Positions 49,757 through 61,952 of a DNA stretch of 64,000 bases are shown piece after piece (position 1 is the first letter of the stretch; every line of letters starts with the position of its first letter). Origin of the DNA: Malacoraja senta (taxonomy: Eukaryota); the NCBI GenBank assembly GCA_038087875.1, contig CM075990.1:14942001-15006000 (forward strand), given 5' to 3'. A program made the position numbers and the translations under genes. The notes under the pieces were generated by a model. That model had not been told where the DNA came from. It worked only from the letters and a program-made list of their open reading frames with translations, and ran no database searches.

Positions 49757-50121
49757 TTAAGGGGTTGGACAGGCTAGATGCAGGAAGATTGCTCCCGATG
49801 TTGGGGAAGTCCAGGACAAGGGGTCACAGCTTAAGGATAAGGGGGAAATCCTTTAAAACCGAGATGAGAAGAACTTTTTTCACACAGAGAGTGGTGAATC
49901 TCTGGAACTCTCTGCCACAGAGGGTAGTTGAGGCCAGTTCATTGGCTATATTTAAGAGGGAGTTAGATGTGGCCCTTGTGGCTAAAGGGATCAGAGGGTA
50001 TGGAGAGAAGGCAGGTACGGGATACTGAGTTGGATGATCAGCCATGATCATATTGAATGGCGGTGCAGGCTCGAAGGGCCGAATGGCCTACTCCTGCACC
50101 TAATTTCTATGTTTCTATGTT
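49757..50121 (+). mobile_element. Young CR1 3' fragment inserted into an opposite-strand CR1 3' end
   Basis: Nearly identical to about 46066-46430; short duplication tctgc (49752-49756 and 50122-50126). Confidence 0.93.
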
Positions 50122-50235
50122 TCTGCCATTCAATCAATGCAGATCTATCTCTCCCTCCAAACCCCATTCTCCTGCTTTCTCCCATAACCTCTGACACCTG
50201 TACTAATCAAGAATCAATTACTAATCAATTATGTT

Positions 50236-50404
50236 AAAGAAGGAACTGCAGATGCTGGAAAATCGAAGGTACACAAAAATGCTGGAGAAACTCAGCGGGT
50301 GCAGCAGCATCTATGGAGCGAAGGAAATAGGCAAACGTTGCCTATTTCCTTCGCTCCATAGATGCTGCTGCACCCGCTGAGTTTCTCCAGCATTTTTGTG
50401 TACC
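50236..50404 (-). mobile_element. PLE pLTR-derived perfect palindrome insertion
   Basis: Identical 67-bp inverted arms (50268-50334 and 50338-50404); 16-bp TSD actaatcaattatgtt (50220-50235 and 50405-50420). Confidence 0.92.
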
Positions 50405-51759
50405 ACTAATCAATTATGTTGGCTGCTTTCCCGAGGTGGCGTGAATTGCAGATGGGGTTGATAGTGGGGAGGCTGGTCAATACAGACAACTCTCTGCCGT
50501 TTCTTGTGGTCTTGGGTGGAGCTGTTGCCAAACCAATGAGATGCATCCCTTCAAGATGCTTTCTGCAGTGCATCTGCAGAGGTTGGTCAGAATCATTAAA
50601 GTTGGTAACCATGCAGATACTAATAATCACACATTTGAACCCTTTTGAAGGTAAGGGACAAGGTTGAAAAAAATATCTCCAACCAGAGAACTTTCCACAC
50701 TTAAATCCAAGATTATTACTTGAATAATTAAAACAAATTTTTACCCAATTTTGATAAGGAATCTTTTCATTGTATTCCTTTGAATTTTAGATGAGGTGCA
50801 AATTGTACCTGCATATATTTAATGAACACTGCCATGAACTAAGCTCTTCTAATAACTTCAAGATTAGATCATCAGGGCCTGCCCAAATTGAAAATTAGTT
50901 TAATTTCACATATTAGATTGGTTTGATAAAATTAGCAGATTAAGAACTCCCTACATTTACACGTACATTTAATAACACAGGCTGAATCTCTTTAATTTAA
51001 AATATTCTGAGATCATCAGCTACAATGTAGTTTGCACATTCAGATATAGATTACTTTTTTGAACCATTCTCAGGGCTTTCAGCGGCTGTTTTGAGATATG
51101 TATTGTTGTTTACTTTGTGTGGAAAGTCAGCTTTGCTGCCTAATTAAGTTAATGCTGCCTTACTGTTATTGAGGGTCCTGGGAACAGATGGTCCTGATTT
51201 AGGGTGACGGTAGTTGTGTGCTCAGAGGGTGGCGTAAGGTGGAAAATTGCCGAGGCACATATTTGATTTAGGTCATAAGGTCATACGAAATAGGAGTAGA
51301 ATGAGGCCATTCAGCACATCAAGTCTACTCCGCCGTCAATCCTGACTGAGCTATCTCTCCCACCTAACCCCATTCTCCTGCCTTCTCCCATAATCTCTGA
51401 CACCTGCACTAATCAAGAATCTATCTATCTCTGATAGATATTTACCATTATGTAATAGAGAGAATCTGACGTAAAAATGCAAAGGCAATGAACCAAAGAT
51501 AACATATTCTGTTGTATTTCCTCTTGGCGAGATGACATACTGTTGGTAATTGATCAAATGTGTAACCTGGAGATACACGAGGGAAAATAGCAGTATTGTT
51601 TAATGGGCTGGGCAGTGAAATGAGTTAGAAGGTGGTGCATTTTTTATGGTAAATATACATGCTAACTATGCATCTAATGTGCAGGACCAAGATTAGAATT
51701 CTCCCTGGAGACTCTGGTGTGGATAGTTTCAGAACAGCTTGTCGGGAGAATTTACAGTA

Positions 51760-51975
51760 TAGAAAAAAAGACACTAAGTGCTGGAGTAACTTAGCGGGTC
51801 AGACAGCATCCCTAGAGAATGTGGATAAGTCATGTTTTGGGTCTGAACCCTTCTTCAGATCCTGATCTAAAACCTCACCCATCCATGTCCTCCAGAGATT
51901 CTGCCTGATCAGCTGAGTTACTCCAACACTTAGTGTCTTTTTTCTTAAACCAGCATCCGCTGTTCTTTGTTTCTC
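51760..51975. mobile_element. Older inverted pair of PLE pLTR units
   Basis: agaaaaaaagacactaagtgctggagtaac ... gttactccaacacttagtgtcttttttct. Confidence 0.8.
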
Positions 51976-52879
51976 CATCAAGTATTGTATATCGGGTCTG
52001 AGCATTCCCATTTGTCTCATCCACCTGCTTATTTTACCTAGGAGAAGGAATGCCTGGGATGGGGCAAGTCTTTGATTATAATGACTGCTTTACTGAGGTA
52101 GCGTGAAGCGTAGATGGAGTCAATGGTGAGAGGTCTGGTCTGTGTGAAGGGCTGGACTACATCTATCTTTGCCAGCCTTGTCCTACTGCCTTTTCCCTGC
52201 TCTCGTTGGGCAGTAGCATGAAAGCACAAACCACCAGACTCAGGAACAGCATCTTCTCTTCCCTATTCAGACTGTTGAATGGTTTTCCGAAAAGCAAGGG
52301 CATGGTCCCAATCTTCCAAACTACCCCCATTGTTCTGTGTGCCCTCCAATTGAACCAGATTGTTTAATGCTTTAAGAAAATGAATAATTTTAGTCTAAAG
52401 ACAGTGACATATAATCTGAGAATTTTAGTCAAAGTTTACATGTTAGCTGAATTGCAAATCAATAGGAATAATTTTTCTCCCTTAAACAATATTTTTTTGA
52501 ATTATATTTACTTCAGTAGTTGCTTGGGACTATTTTTTAAATGGACGTCATTATATAGACTGGAACTGGTGAGTTCATTTACTTGTTATTGGTTTGATTT
52601 TGATAAACCTTCATTGCAAATAGTTTAAAATAAAGGAAATTTATGTAAATTGTATATAATTTTCTTAAATTAATTTTGAACATGTCTTCCTTTGGCACTT
52701 ATTATTTCAGCTAATACTCAACCTAAAAAAAAACGTTTTTTCCAGAGATCATGAGAGACAATTCACAGATACTGCAGAGGCTCCAAATGTTATGTTATCT
52801 GGGATCGAGAGTTCTAAGTTGCAATTCCAGCCAATAATGTTAATAATCAGGATTCTGGAGTTATGACCACTGTCATTTA

Positions 52880-53960
52880 ATTTGGATAAGTGTGCTATGC
52901 TGTACTTTGGAAAGTCAAACCACAGCAGGAGGTTTGCAGTGAATGGTAGGATCTTGAAGAGGATTGTAAACCCTGATGGATGGAGGAGTACAAGTACATG
53001 GTTCCCAGACAGTGGTGTCGCAGATCGATAAGGTGGTGGCTTTTCACATGCTGGCCTTCATTTGTCAGCAAAACAAGTAGAAAAGCCACCTGGATGTTAT
53101 GTTACTGTTATAAAAGATGTTGGTAAAGCAGCACTTGGAGTATTCGTGTTCAAATTTGGCCACCTTGCTACAGGAAAGATGCCGTTAAGCTGGAAGGAGT
53201 CCAGCAAGGATTTACGAGGATGGTTCCAGGACTTGAGGGACTGAGTTATAGGAAGAAAGTGGGTCATCTGAAACTTTATTCCTTGGGACAAAGGAGACTG
53301 AGGGGTGATCTTGTAGAGATGTATAAAATTATGAGGGGCATAGGTCATGTGAATACACAGCCTTTTTCCCGGATTAGGAATCAAGAAAGGTACGGCATGG
53401 TGGCGCAATGGTAGAGTTGCTGCCTTACAGAGCCAGAGATCCAGGTTCAATCCTGAATACGGGTGCTGTCTGTACGGAGTTTGTATGTTCTCCCTGTGAC
53501 CTGTGTGGGTTTTCTCTGGCATCTCCGGTATCCTCCCGCACTCCAAAGACACACAGGTTTGTAGGTTAATTGGCTTGGTATAATTGTAAATTGTCCCTGG
53601 TGTGTGTAGGATAGTGCTAATGTGCGTGGATCACTGGTCGGCGGACTTGGTGGGCCGAAGAGCCCGTTTCTGCGCTGTATTTCTGAACTAAACTAAAACT
53701 AAACTTGAGGGCACAGCTTTAAGGCGAGAGAGGAAAGATTCAACAGGAAATTGAGGGGGCGGGCAGCCTTTTCATCCTTGGTGTATATGGGAGAGAAGGT
53801 AGATGAAGCAGGTGCAATGACAGCATTTAAAATAGATTTGGACAGGTAATGGGTAGGAAAGGCTCCGAGGGATATGAGCCTGGCGTGGGCAAATGGGCCT
53901 AACGATGGTGAATCTTGGTTGGCATGGACGAAGGGCCTCTATCCACAGTGTATCACTCTG
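52880..53960 (+). mobile_element. CR1 fragment interrupted by a V-core SINE (about 53389-53704)
   Basis: MVPGLEGLSY...RRLRGDLVEMYKIMRG; CR1 resumes at gagggcacagctttaagg. Confidence 0.85.
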
Positions 53961-56900
53961 ATTCAATTTGTTGAAGCCTTGTTTTCTCTCTGGAAAATCG
54001 TTGGATTGAAATGATTGTAATACTATATTGGATATGTGTTGAAAGAGTAAATAATGATATTTTATTGGCCTATATTTTAAATTATTTGCAAAATATGCAG
54101 TTTTAAACATGAGAGTATTATTTAGTGGCATTTATATTGATCTAGTGCACTTACTTAAAAACAATCATTCATCTTTGCTTTGGTAAAGCCCTGTTTACAG
54201 TAATGCATTTTCAAGGATTTCTTCATTTTACTTGGCATATAAAAAGCTTTTTTGTGGAACTACACATATTTCATTGGTTCAATTGCTGCATTTGAGTCAT
54301 ATACTTGAAAACTTTGGCATATGACAATTTAATGTGCAGTTTAGTAAGTGAAAGGTGAGATTTGGTGTAACTTATGGGATATATTTATCCTAATTGTTTT
54401 GTTCAGTATGAAACTCTTTTAGCAGGTTTGTTTTAAACAAATATACCGAACTTTAACCACAATTAATTGTACCATCACTTTTGTTGCAATCATGAAAACA
54501 GAATGAATTGGTTTAAAAAGAACACTGGCACATTATTCTCATTCACTTCCTATTGTTACATTTTCAAATAACCTGTTAAGTACAGTAAGATTTATTAAAA
54601 GATAATTTATTTCAAATGTGCTCAATGAAAATGTTAGGACAGTAATATCCATTGTATTGTTGAAATTAAACTTTGGCATTTTAATAAATTAAGAAATGAG
54701 CACTGAAAGTAAAGTCTGAAGAAAGGTCTCGAGACGTCACCCATTCTTTCCCTCCAGAGATGCTGCGTGTACCACCAAGTGACTCCAGCATTTTGGATCT
54801 ATCTAATAGCAAACAGATGCTGTTAAAATATAGAATGAATTGGACTACACATGGTTTAATTGTTAACTTCAAATTGTGGTATGCAATTAATAAAATACTC
54901 CTTAAGAATGGTGTGTATACTGAAGAAATATAAACTATGCCTAGATTTGACCATAAAAACATATCTTATGTCAACTGAGTACACATTTGGAGGTGTTTAT
55001 GCATCACTCCCTCCACTCCCCAACCAAATTCCTACAGAACGCATACATCATGTCTACAGCTAATTACGTGCATATTTAAAACCCAGTGTTTTTGGCCCCT
55101 TCTCTCTCTGCTATCTTGCTATGCACTCTTGTATCCTATTCCTGATTTTCGGCCCACATCTCTGCGAGCCCTTTCCGTTTCCTCCCCTTCACTTCCCAAT
55201 TCCTCTTTGAAGTCATAAACCATGTATAAGTTGCCATGTGAATCCTTCATTCAACTCTTACTGCCGTTATATCATATCTATTTCCTTTAACTAATTATTC
55301 TGAAAAAGGATCCCGACCCAGACGTCACCTATCCATGTTCTCCAGAGATGCTGCTTGACTAGTAGTGTTGCTGCTGCACTTTGTGTCTTCCTTTAAATAA
55401 CCCCTAGCTTCCTAATTGTATTTGGTATTCCTAAATATACCCACGTTTTAATCTGAATTACCAAGGCATTTTTCAATTGCCTCTTTTTATTGTTGTCGCA
55501 TTAGATTTTGTCTTTGTTGCTGTTTGTGCACAAGCTGGATAAGTCATTGTCCGGAGTAAATGGTTCTAAACTCCATGGTTATGATGCATAAATATTACTT
55601 TTTGTACTAGTTATATGGTATTAGGACAGGATGATTAGGGCAGGATGATTACAAACTTGTCCATTCAACCTAAGCAAAGACGTTAGAGTGATCCATTCTA
55701 TCGCTTGTTGTTAGTTCAGAAAGTTGAATAGTAACATTTTTGCTTACTATATCGAGTCCTATAATGGCATCTTATTTTTATTTCTATCCTAATGAAGTAT
55801 GGAGCAATGATGCTAGTTTGTTGTATTTTTTCTTTAATCTCTGCTCCATTGCTGAGCAGTTTGGCACACAACTAACGCTGTAAAAAGGAACTGGAATGTG
55901 TATTTGTCTCTAATTATAATATAAAGTACTGGAGCACGTTATTTTTTGGACTGAATAGAACATGGAATTATGCTAAAGTTAAACAGACTGCCTCTGCTTT
56001 TAACTTTCACTTGCACCTGTAATTTATTTAAATGGTTGTCGCAAAAAGAATGCAAAACAACTTTAAAATGTGAATGTGTTTTCGTTAAGACCACAAAGTC
56101 TCCCTACCTAATTGTAGTTTCACTTTGGGTGAGGTTGGTACACTGCGGGAATAAAGATTTCTAAAATGTATAAGTCACTTGGGCATGAGCATCTCACCAG
56201 GAAAATAACCCGCCACGAAGAAGTATAACACAAAATGACCAACGACCCATCCTTTGATTAACCATAAACGGCAGCAGGGGCATGCAGTGGTGAACAAAAA
56301 ATACCTTAAGCTATCAAAAATGTATTTTTGTTGTAAAATGGCTTCTTATTTTGGATTGCAGATATAGGATCTGGCTCCATGTTGTGAAACAGGCAATCGC
56401 CAGTAGAATATACGACAGAATTTATTGTTTGTTACCATGGCTCAGTTATTGCCAGGGCAGAGCAAATTGTTAATAGGGCTTAGTGATAGAGGAGATGGTT
56501 TGAGCCCTGACATAGAGTCATAGCTTCACAAAGCCAAGTCTAAGCTAATCCCATTTGCCTGCATTTGGCCCATATCCCACATTCCCGTGTTATGGCTCTG
56601 AGATTGGCGACTTCTGGGATAAGGACCCACCGCTACCTGTTTTTCACCAACAGTTGGAAATCCCAAATTACTTGCGCATGCTTTCCGCATAATAATTATT
56701 TAAAAGATGCAGCTTTTGTCCTCCTGCCGGGGATTGTTGTAGTAGGAAATGAGAATCAGTCTTTTCTAAATGACGATACTTGCAATGGCTGTGTACTTAC
56801 AGCAGTCCATACTTCTCGTCCCACTGTATTGGAAATATTTTGCAGGCTTATCATCAAATGTCTGTCCAGCACTTGAAAACTGCACAACAGCAAACACTGC

Positions 56901-57046
56901 CTCAACAACTATGATATTTCCGTATTTGCCTGCACTATGAACGTTGGTTCTGTGCGGTTATGGCTACGTGGTATTAATGTTATAAATGTATTGAATATTA
57001 CGTATTTGTTTGTGTGCCAAGACCTGTTAATGTCTGCTCAGCACTT

Positions 57047-57390
57047 ACACCTCCGCTCGGTCCGCATTAACCAACCTGATCTCCCTGTGGCTCAGCACTT
57101 CAACTCCCCCTCCCTTTCCGAATGCGACCTTTCTGTCCTGGGCCCCCTCCATGGCCAGAGTGAGCACCACCGGAAATTGGAGGAGCAGCACCTCATATTC
57201 CGCTTGGGCAGTCTGCACCCCAGCGGCATGAACATTGACTTCTCCAATTTCCGATAGCCCTTGCTGTCTCCTCCCCTTCCCAGCTCTCCCTCAGCCCTCT
57301 GGCTCCTCCTCTTCCTTTCTTCTTCCCCCTCCCCTTCGCTCCATAGATGCTGCCTCACCCGCTGAGTTTATCCAGCATTTTTGTCTACCT
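57047..57390 (+). mobile_element. PLE 3' fragment with the hammerhead core deleted
   Basis: HLRSVRINQPDLPVAQHFNSP...RLGSLHPSGMNIDFSNFR*; pLTR resumes at ccttcgctccatagatgc. Confidence 0.9.
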
Positions 57391-57589
57391 GCAGTATATA
57401 ATTGTTCCGTTACAATTACATTTGACAATTAAATGCTCGTGACTCTCTCTTGACAATCTCTTAACACTTGCAAAATAAATATATCTTTCAAAGTGTCAGA
57501 TCGTTGTTTGATTTTAAAATAACAGAAGGAAATTCTTTTTAGTTGCCAAAATGGGAAGATTCAAACTTCTGTCATGCTTGGATTGTTTT

Positions 57590-57975
57590 TGGTAGAACAT
57601 CGGAGGTTGACAGGAAGACCTGATAGCGTATGTAAAATTATGAGGCATATAGTGTAGACCATCAGAACCTGTTTCCCAGGGTGGAAATGTCAAAGACTAG
57701 TAGACATAGCTTTAAAGTGAGAGGAGAACGGTTTAAAGGTGATGTGCGGGCAAATGATTTACACAGAGGGTGGTGGGTGCCTGAAATGTGCTGGCAGGAC
57801 AGGTGGTGAGGCAGATACAATTGTGACATTTAAATGGCTTTGAGATTGGCATGAGAATATGTAGGGAATGGAAGGATATGGACCACGAGCCTGCAGATGA
57901 GATTAGTTTCGCTTGATACCATGTTCAGTATGGACATTGTGGGCCGAAGGGCCTGTTCCTGTGTTGTACTCTTCC
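57590..57975 (+). mobile_element. CR1 3' fragment
   Basis: acacagagggtggtgggtgcctg...gtgggccgaagggcctgttcctgtg. Confidence 0.85.
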
Positions 57976-58000
57976 ATATTTCAAGTCTGCTAAGTTAACC

Positions 58001-58300
58001 GGGTGGCACAATGTTGCAGCAGCAGAGTTGCTGCCCTACAGCGACAGAGACCAGGCCTCATTACTGACTATGCTTGCTGTCTATACCTTCTCCCCGTGAC
58101 CTGCGTGGGTTTTCTCCGGGCGCTCTAGTTTCTTCCCAAGACGTACAAGTTTGTAGGATAATTGGCTTGGTATAATTGTAAATTGTCCCTAGTGTGTGTA
58201 GGATTGTGTTAGTGTACGGGGATCATTGGACGGTGGGGACCCGGTGGGCCGAAGGGCCTGTTTCCATGCTGTACCTCTAGACTAAAACTAAACAAAATAA
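58001..58300 (+). mobile_element. V-core SINE
   Basis: Head, core and tail. Confidence 0.85.
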
Positions 58301-59044
58301 AAGCTAAAGGGACTGGAGCTCCAGGAGAGCATCAGTGCCCGTGATAATCCCTGTTATAGTCATATGTGTGAGCATGATTCTTGAACACCTTCATTTTCCG
58401 CGCATGAAAACTGTGCGCCTTGGCTGTCATTTGACAAAATGAAACAGAAAGAGCTAAACAGCACAATGGATGCTTCATCAAGAATACTCATTCAGAGTGA
58501 TGAATGCGGCTAAACACATTTGTCCGTAAAACTCTGTGAGTGGATGAGCATCATTAAGCATGAGAAATAGGTGTAGCATGCTGAGAAGAGAGTGGAACAA
58601 ACAGATGTTGTGAATCTAAGAAGGCATCGTTCATCTAGTGGGCCACAGTTAATACAGTTGAAGGTGATTCTTTTTCATTGTTAATAAGCATAAGCAGAGG
58701 AGATAGGATAACACTTCTTCCCCCTGTGATCAGGCACAAAGGTTGTAGTTATCACTCGTTTAGATTTTTATAATGAAACATGCAATTTGATCGGTAATGG
58801 GGTTGTGTGTTTTTATTCTGTTTAATTTTGGATTTTTGGGGGGAATAAAAGTCACGCAGACTCCAGCGCAATTTTTGCACAGTGTTTACCGCTGAGTTCT
58901 GATGCTCAAGATCAGGACAAAAAGCAACATCCTCAAAGCAGCGTAACATCATCATTGTGCAGTTTCCAGTTTCTAACTGGTTTGGGTTTCAGGAGGTGAT
59001 TTGAAAAATCGGCACACGTGTGTTAGGTGTATGCTTAAAACAAA

Positions 59045-59580
59045 AATAAGTTTAAGTTGAAGATATTCAATTTAAGAATCAGGAGTCATATGTACTGACA
59101 TTGGACAATGACATTTTAACTTGCAACAGCATAACAGGCTTATAAACTCGTAGAGAACAAAATGCATTAAAAAAAATGTCAATAAATTAACGATCCCAAT
59201 ATTAGTGCAAAAAGCCAGAAGTCTCTAGTTGAACCAAGGTAGTTCATAGTCAGTTGGTGTATGTAGTGTTCATGAGTTTGATGGTTGTTGAGAAGAACTT
59301 GTTCTTGAACATGGAGGTGATGGTTCTATACTTTCTACCTGATGGTAGGCATGAAATGAGAGTTCGGCTAGGCTGGTGTGGGTCCTTGATGATGCTGGCT
59401 GCCTTTTTGAGGTAGCGCCTCGTATTAATCCTTTCGACAGTGGGAAGGTCAGTACCCGTGATGGGCCAGGTGGTATTCACCCCTTTTTGCAATCTCCTTG
59501 GTTCCTGCGTGTTCAAATCAGGCCGTGATGTCACCAGTCAGTATGCTCTCTACAGTGCCCCTGTAGAAGTTCAAGAGAAT
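59045..59580 (-). mobile_element. Rex1/Babar 3' fragment
   Basis: LKKAASIIKDPHQPSRTLISCLPSGRKYR...FKNKFFSTTIKLMN. Confidence 0.85.
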
Positions 59581-61059
59581 ATGTGTGGAAGAAGTTCGTT
59601 CTAGGGTATAGCTAATATTGTGGCAAAATAACTCCTTAAAAACTTGCTGCGACTATGGTTCGTGATGCAGAAAACTGATGCGTTGTAGTGTACGGTCTGT
59701 GTGATATGGCGCTGATAGCATGTGGTGAAATCGCATTGTCTTGGGTCATCTCAGGTACAATGACCAGTTAGCAGCGGCCGCCGCATGTGACTTTGAGTGG
59801 TCGGGAAAGACTGGGCAAATGACGGTACCAGAAATGATAATTAGGCATACATTGCACTGCTTCAAGTATATCATCTTAATATGCAAGTGTATAGATTTGT
59901 GATTTACATGGGTTGCTGGCAGTTCTAATATTCCTTAAGTTGCATAGGAAATATTAGAAATATACATGCATGATGTATCACGGTGAAATGTTTTAATGAT
60001 ATCCTGTCCTAACAGTAATCTTTTTATACAGTACCCTTTTTAATATAGCTATGTATTATTAAAAAGGAAGTGAGCTGCCTTCAGAATATTGTGACTTTTG
60101 CTTCTGGCAATCTATAGTTTGAGTATAATTCAAATTGCAGCATGTTCATTTATTTATTTATTACTTATTTTGAGCATACTATGATTAAAATTGTTTTTAT
60201 AATAATGCAGAAAGCATACACCATTAGTATAATAGAGACTTTTCTGTTGTACTGAAATACTTGCTTTGCCATTATGCATTAGAAGACTAATCATTTTATG
60301 ATTATAGGCACCAAGTATTCTGATTATGCGCAGTTGCACGAACTGCAACTCCAATTTTTTTTAAACACAATTTTATGTTTGTTTAAACAGAATTTTACTT
60401 AAAGGAAAAATTAATTGTATGTTGTACAATATTTGTTATTAAAAAATAACTATTTGGAGCTAAGCTGCAGAACAATCATTTAGTTAACGTAATCTGGTTG
60501 AATTCTTGGATACCTGTATTTGTAAACAAATTGGTGTTCTTCCAGCTTTTGCACAGTAGTTCTGATTAAAATGTTCCCTTAAAGGGTAAATCTAAAACAC
60601 ATTATTTTTATTAACAGGGTGACTTAATACGTGTTAAATGGTTTGAAGATGTGTGTTCCTCATGAGATCTCTCTATTTGGGGTTTCAGTGACTACTTAAT
60701 GACTTTTCCTTGATAAATTATTGGAGTCTCTAGTTTCTCAGCACAGTGGAAAGAATGTTCTTCTGACACAGGGTGTCTAGCAACCACAGATAAAATGCCC
60801 ATGAGGAGTTTACAATGTACATTAAATACAATTGGAATTTATCTTGCTTTGCAAGAATACTGGTGATATCCACAGACTGATCACATAATTCTCTTTTTTA
60901 TCAACTTGGGTTCAAAAGCACTGTATTTCATGAAGTGGGAAGAACAGCATTGCGTAAGAGATCAGAGCAGGAGTGGACAATTTGTACCTTTAACCCTGCT
61001 GCACCATTGGACAAGGTAATGGCTTAACTAGGGCAAATAACACTTGCCCGACCTCTCCT

Positions 61060-61660
61060 CATACTGGCACACTTTGTCCTGCCTCTCATTTCTTCCAGCT
61101 TTCTTCCCCCTTTCCTTACAATCAGTCTGAAGAAGGGTCCCAGCCCGAACCGTGTCCTATTCATGCTCTCCAGAGATGCTGCCTTACCCGTTGAGTTACT
61201 GCAACACTTTATGTCCTTTGATTTTTAATGTCAGTTCAGACTGCAGTCGATGATGGTCTTTTGGTGAAGAGATTTGCAAGGTTCATTAAAAGCTTGACAC
61301 AGATGCTGGAATCTTGGGCAAAGCACAAAGTGTCTGAGAAACTCAATGGGTCAGGCAGTATCTGGGGAGGGGATGGACAGGCAAGGTTTTGGGTCGGGTC
61401 CTTTCTTTAAACAATTATTCTGCTGTTTATGTTGCACATGATATGATGGTGAAGGAACATTTGGATGAGAAATAACCATCTCTAATCTACGTAAAGCATT
61501 TGGCGTAGATCACAAAATGTTGGATAAGTCAACGGGTCAGGCAGCATCTCTGTAGGACATGGGAAGGTGACGTTTCAGTCTGAACCCTCTGGGAACGATC
61601 TCCTGTCAATGTCCTTCAGAGATGATGCTTGGCCCCAATGAGTTATTCCAGCACTTTGTA
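61060..61660. mobile_element. Cluster of decayed PLE pLTR units in both orientations
   Basis: ctgaagaagggtcccagcccgaac at 61127; inverted copies at about 61300-61410 and 61505-61660. Confidence 0.75.
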
Positions 61661-61661
61661 T

Positions 61662-61952
61662 TAGTTTAGTTTACATATACAATGTGGAAACAGGCCCTTT
61701 GACCCAACTGGTCCACACCAACCAACACACACAGTTCTATCCTGCACGGTAGCGACAATTTACAAAATCCAATTAGCCTACAAACCTGTGTGTATATGGA
61801 ATGTGGGCCAAAACCAGAGCACCCGGAGAAAACCCACGCAGGTCACAGGGAGAACGTACAAACTCTGTACAGACAGCACCCATAGTCAGGATCGAACCCA
61901 GGTCTCTGTCTCTGTAAGGCAGCAACTCCACCGCTACGCCACTGTGCCGCCC
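61662..61952 (-). mobile_element. V-core SINE
   Basis: Reverse-complement head ggcggcacagtggcgtagcggtggagttgctgcc, core, and (taaac)n tail. Confidence 0.88.
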
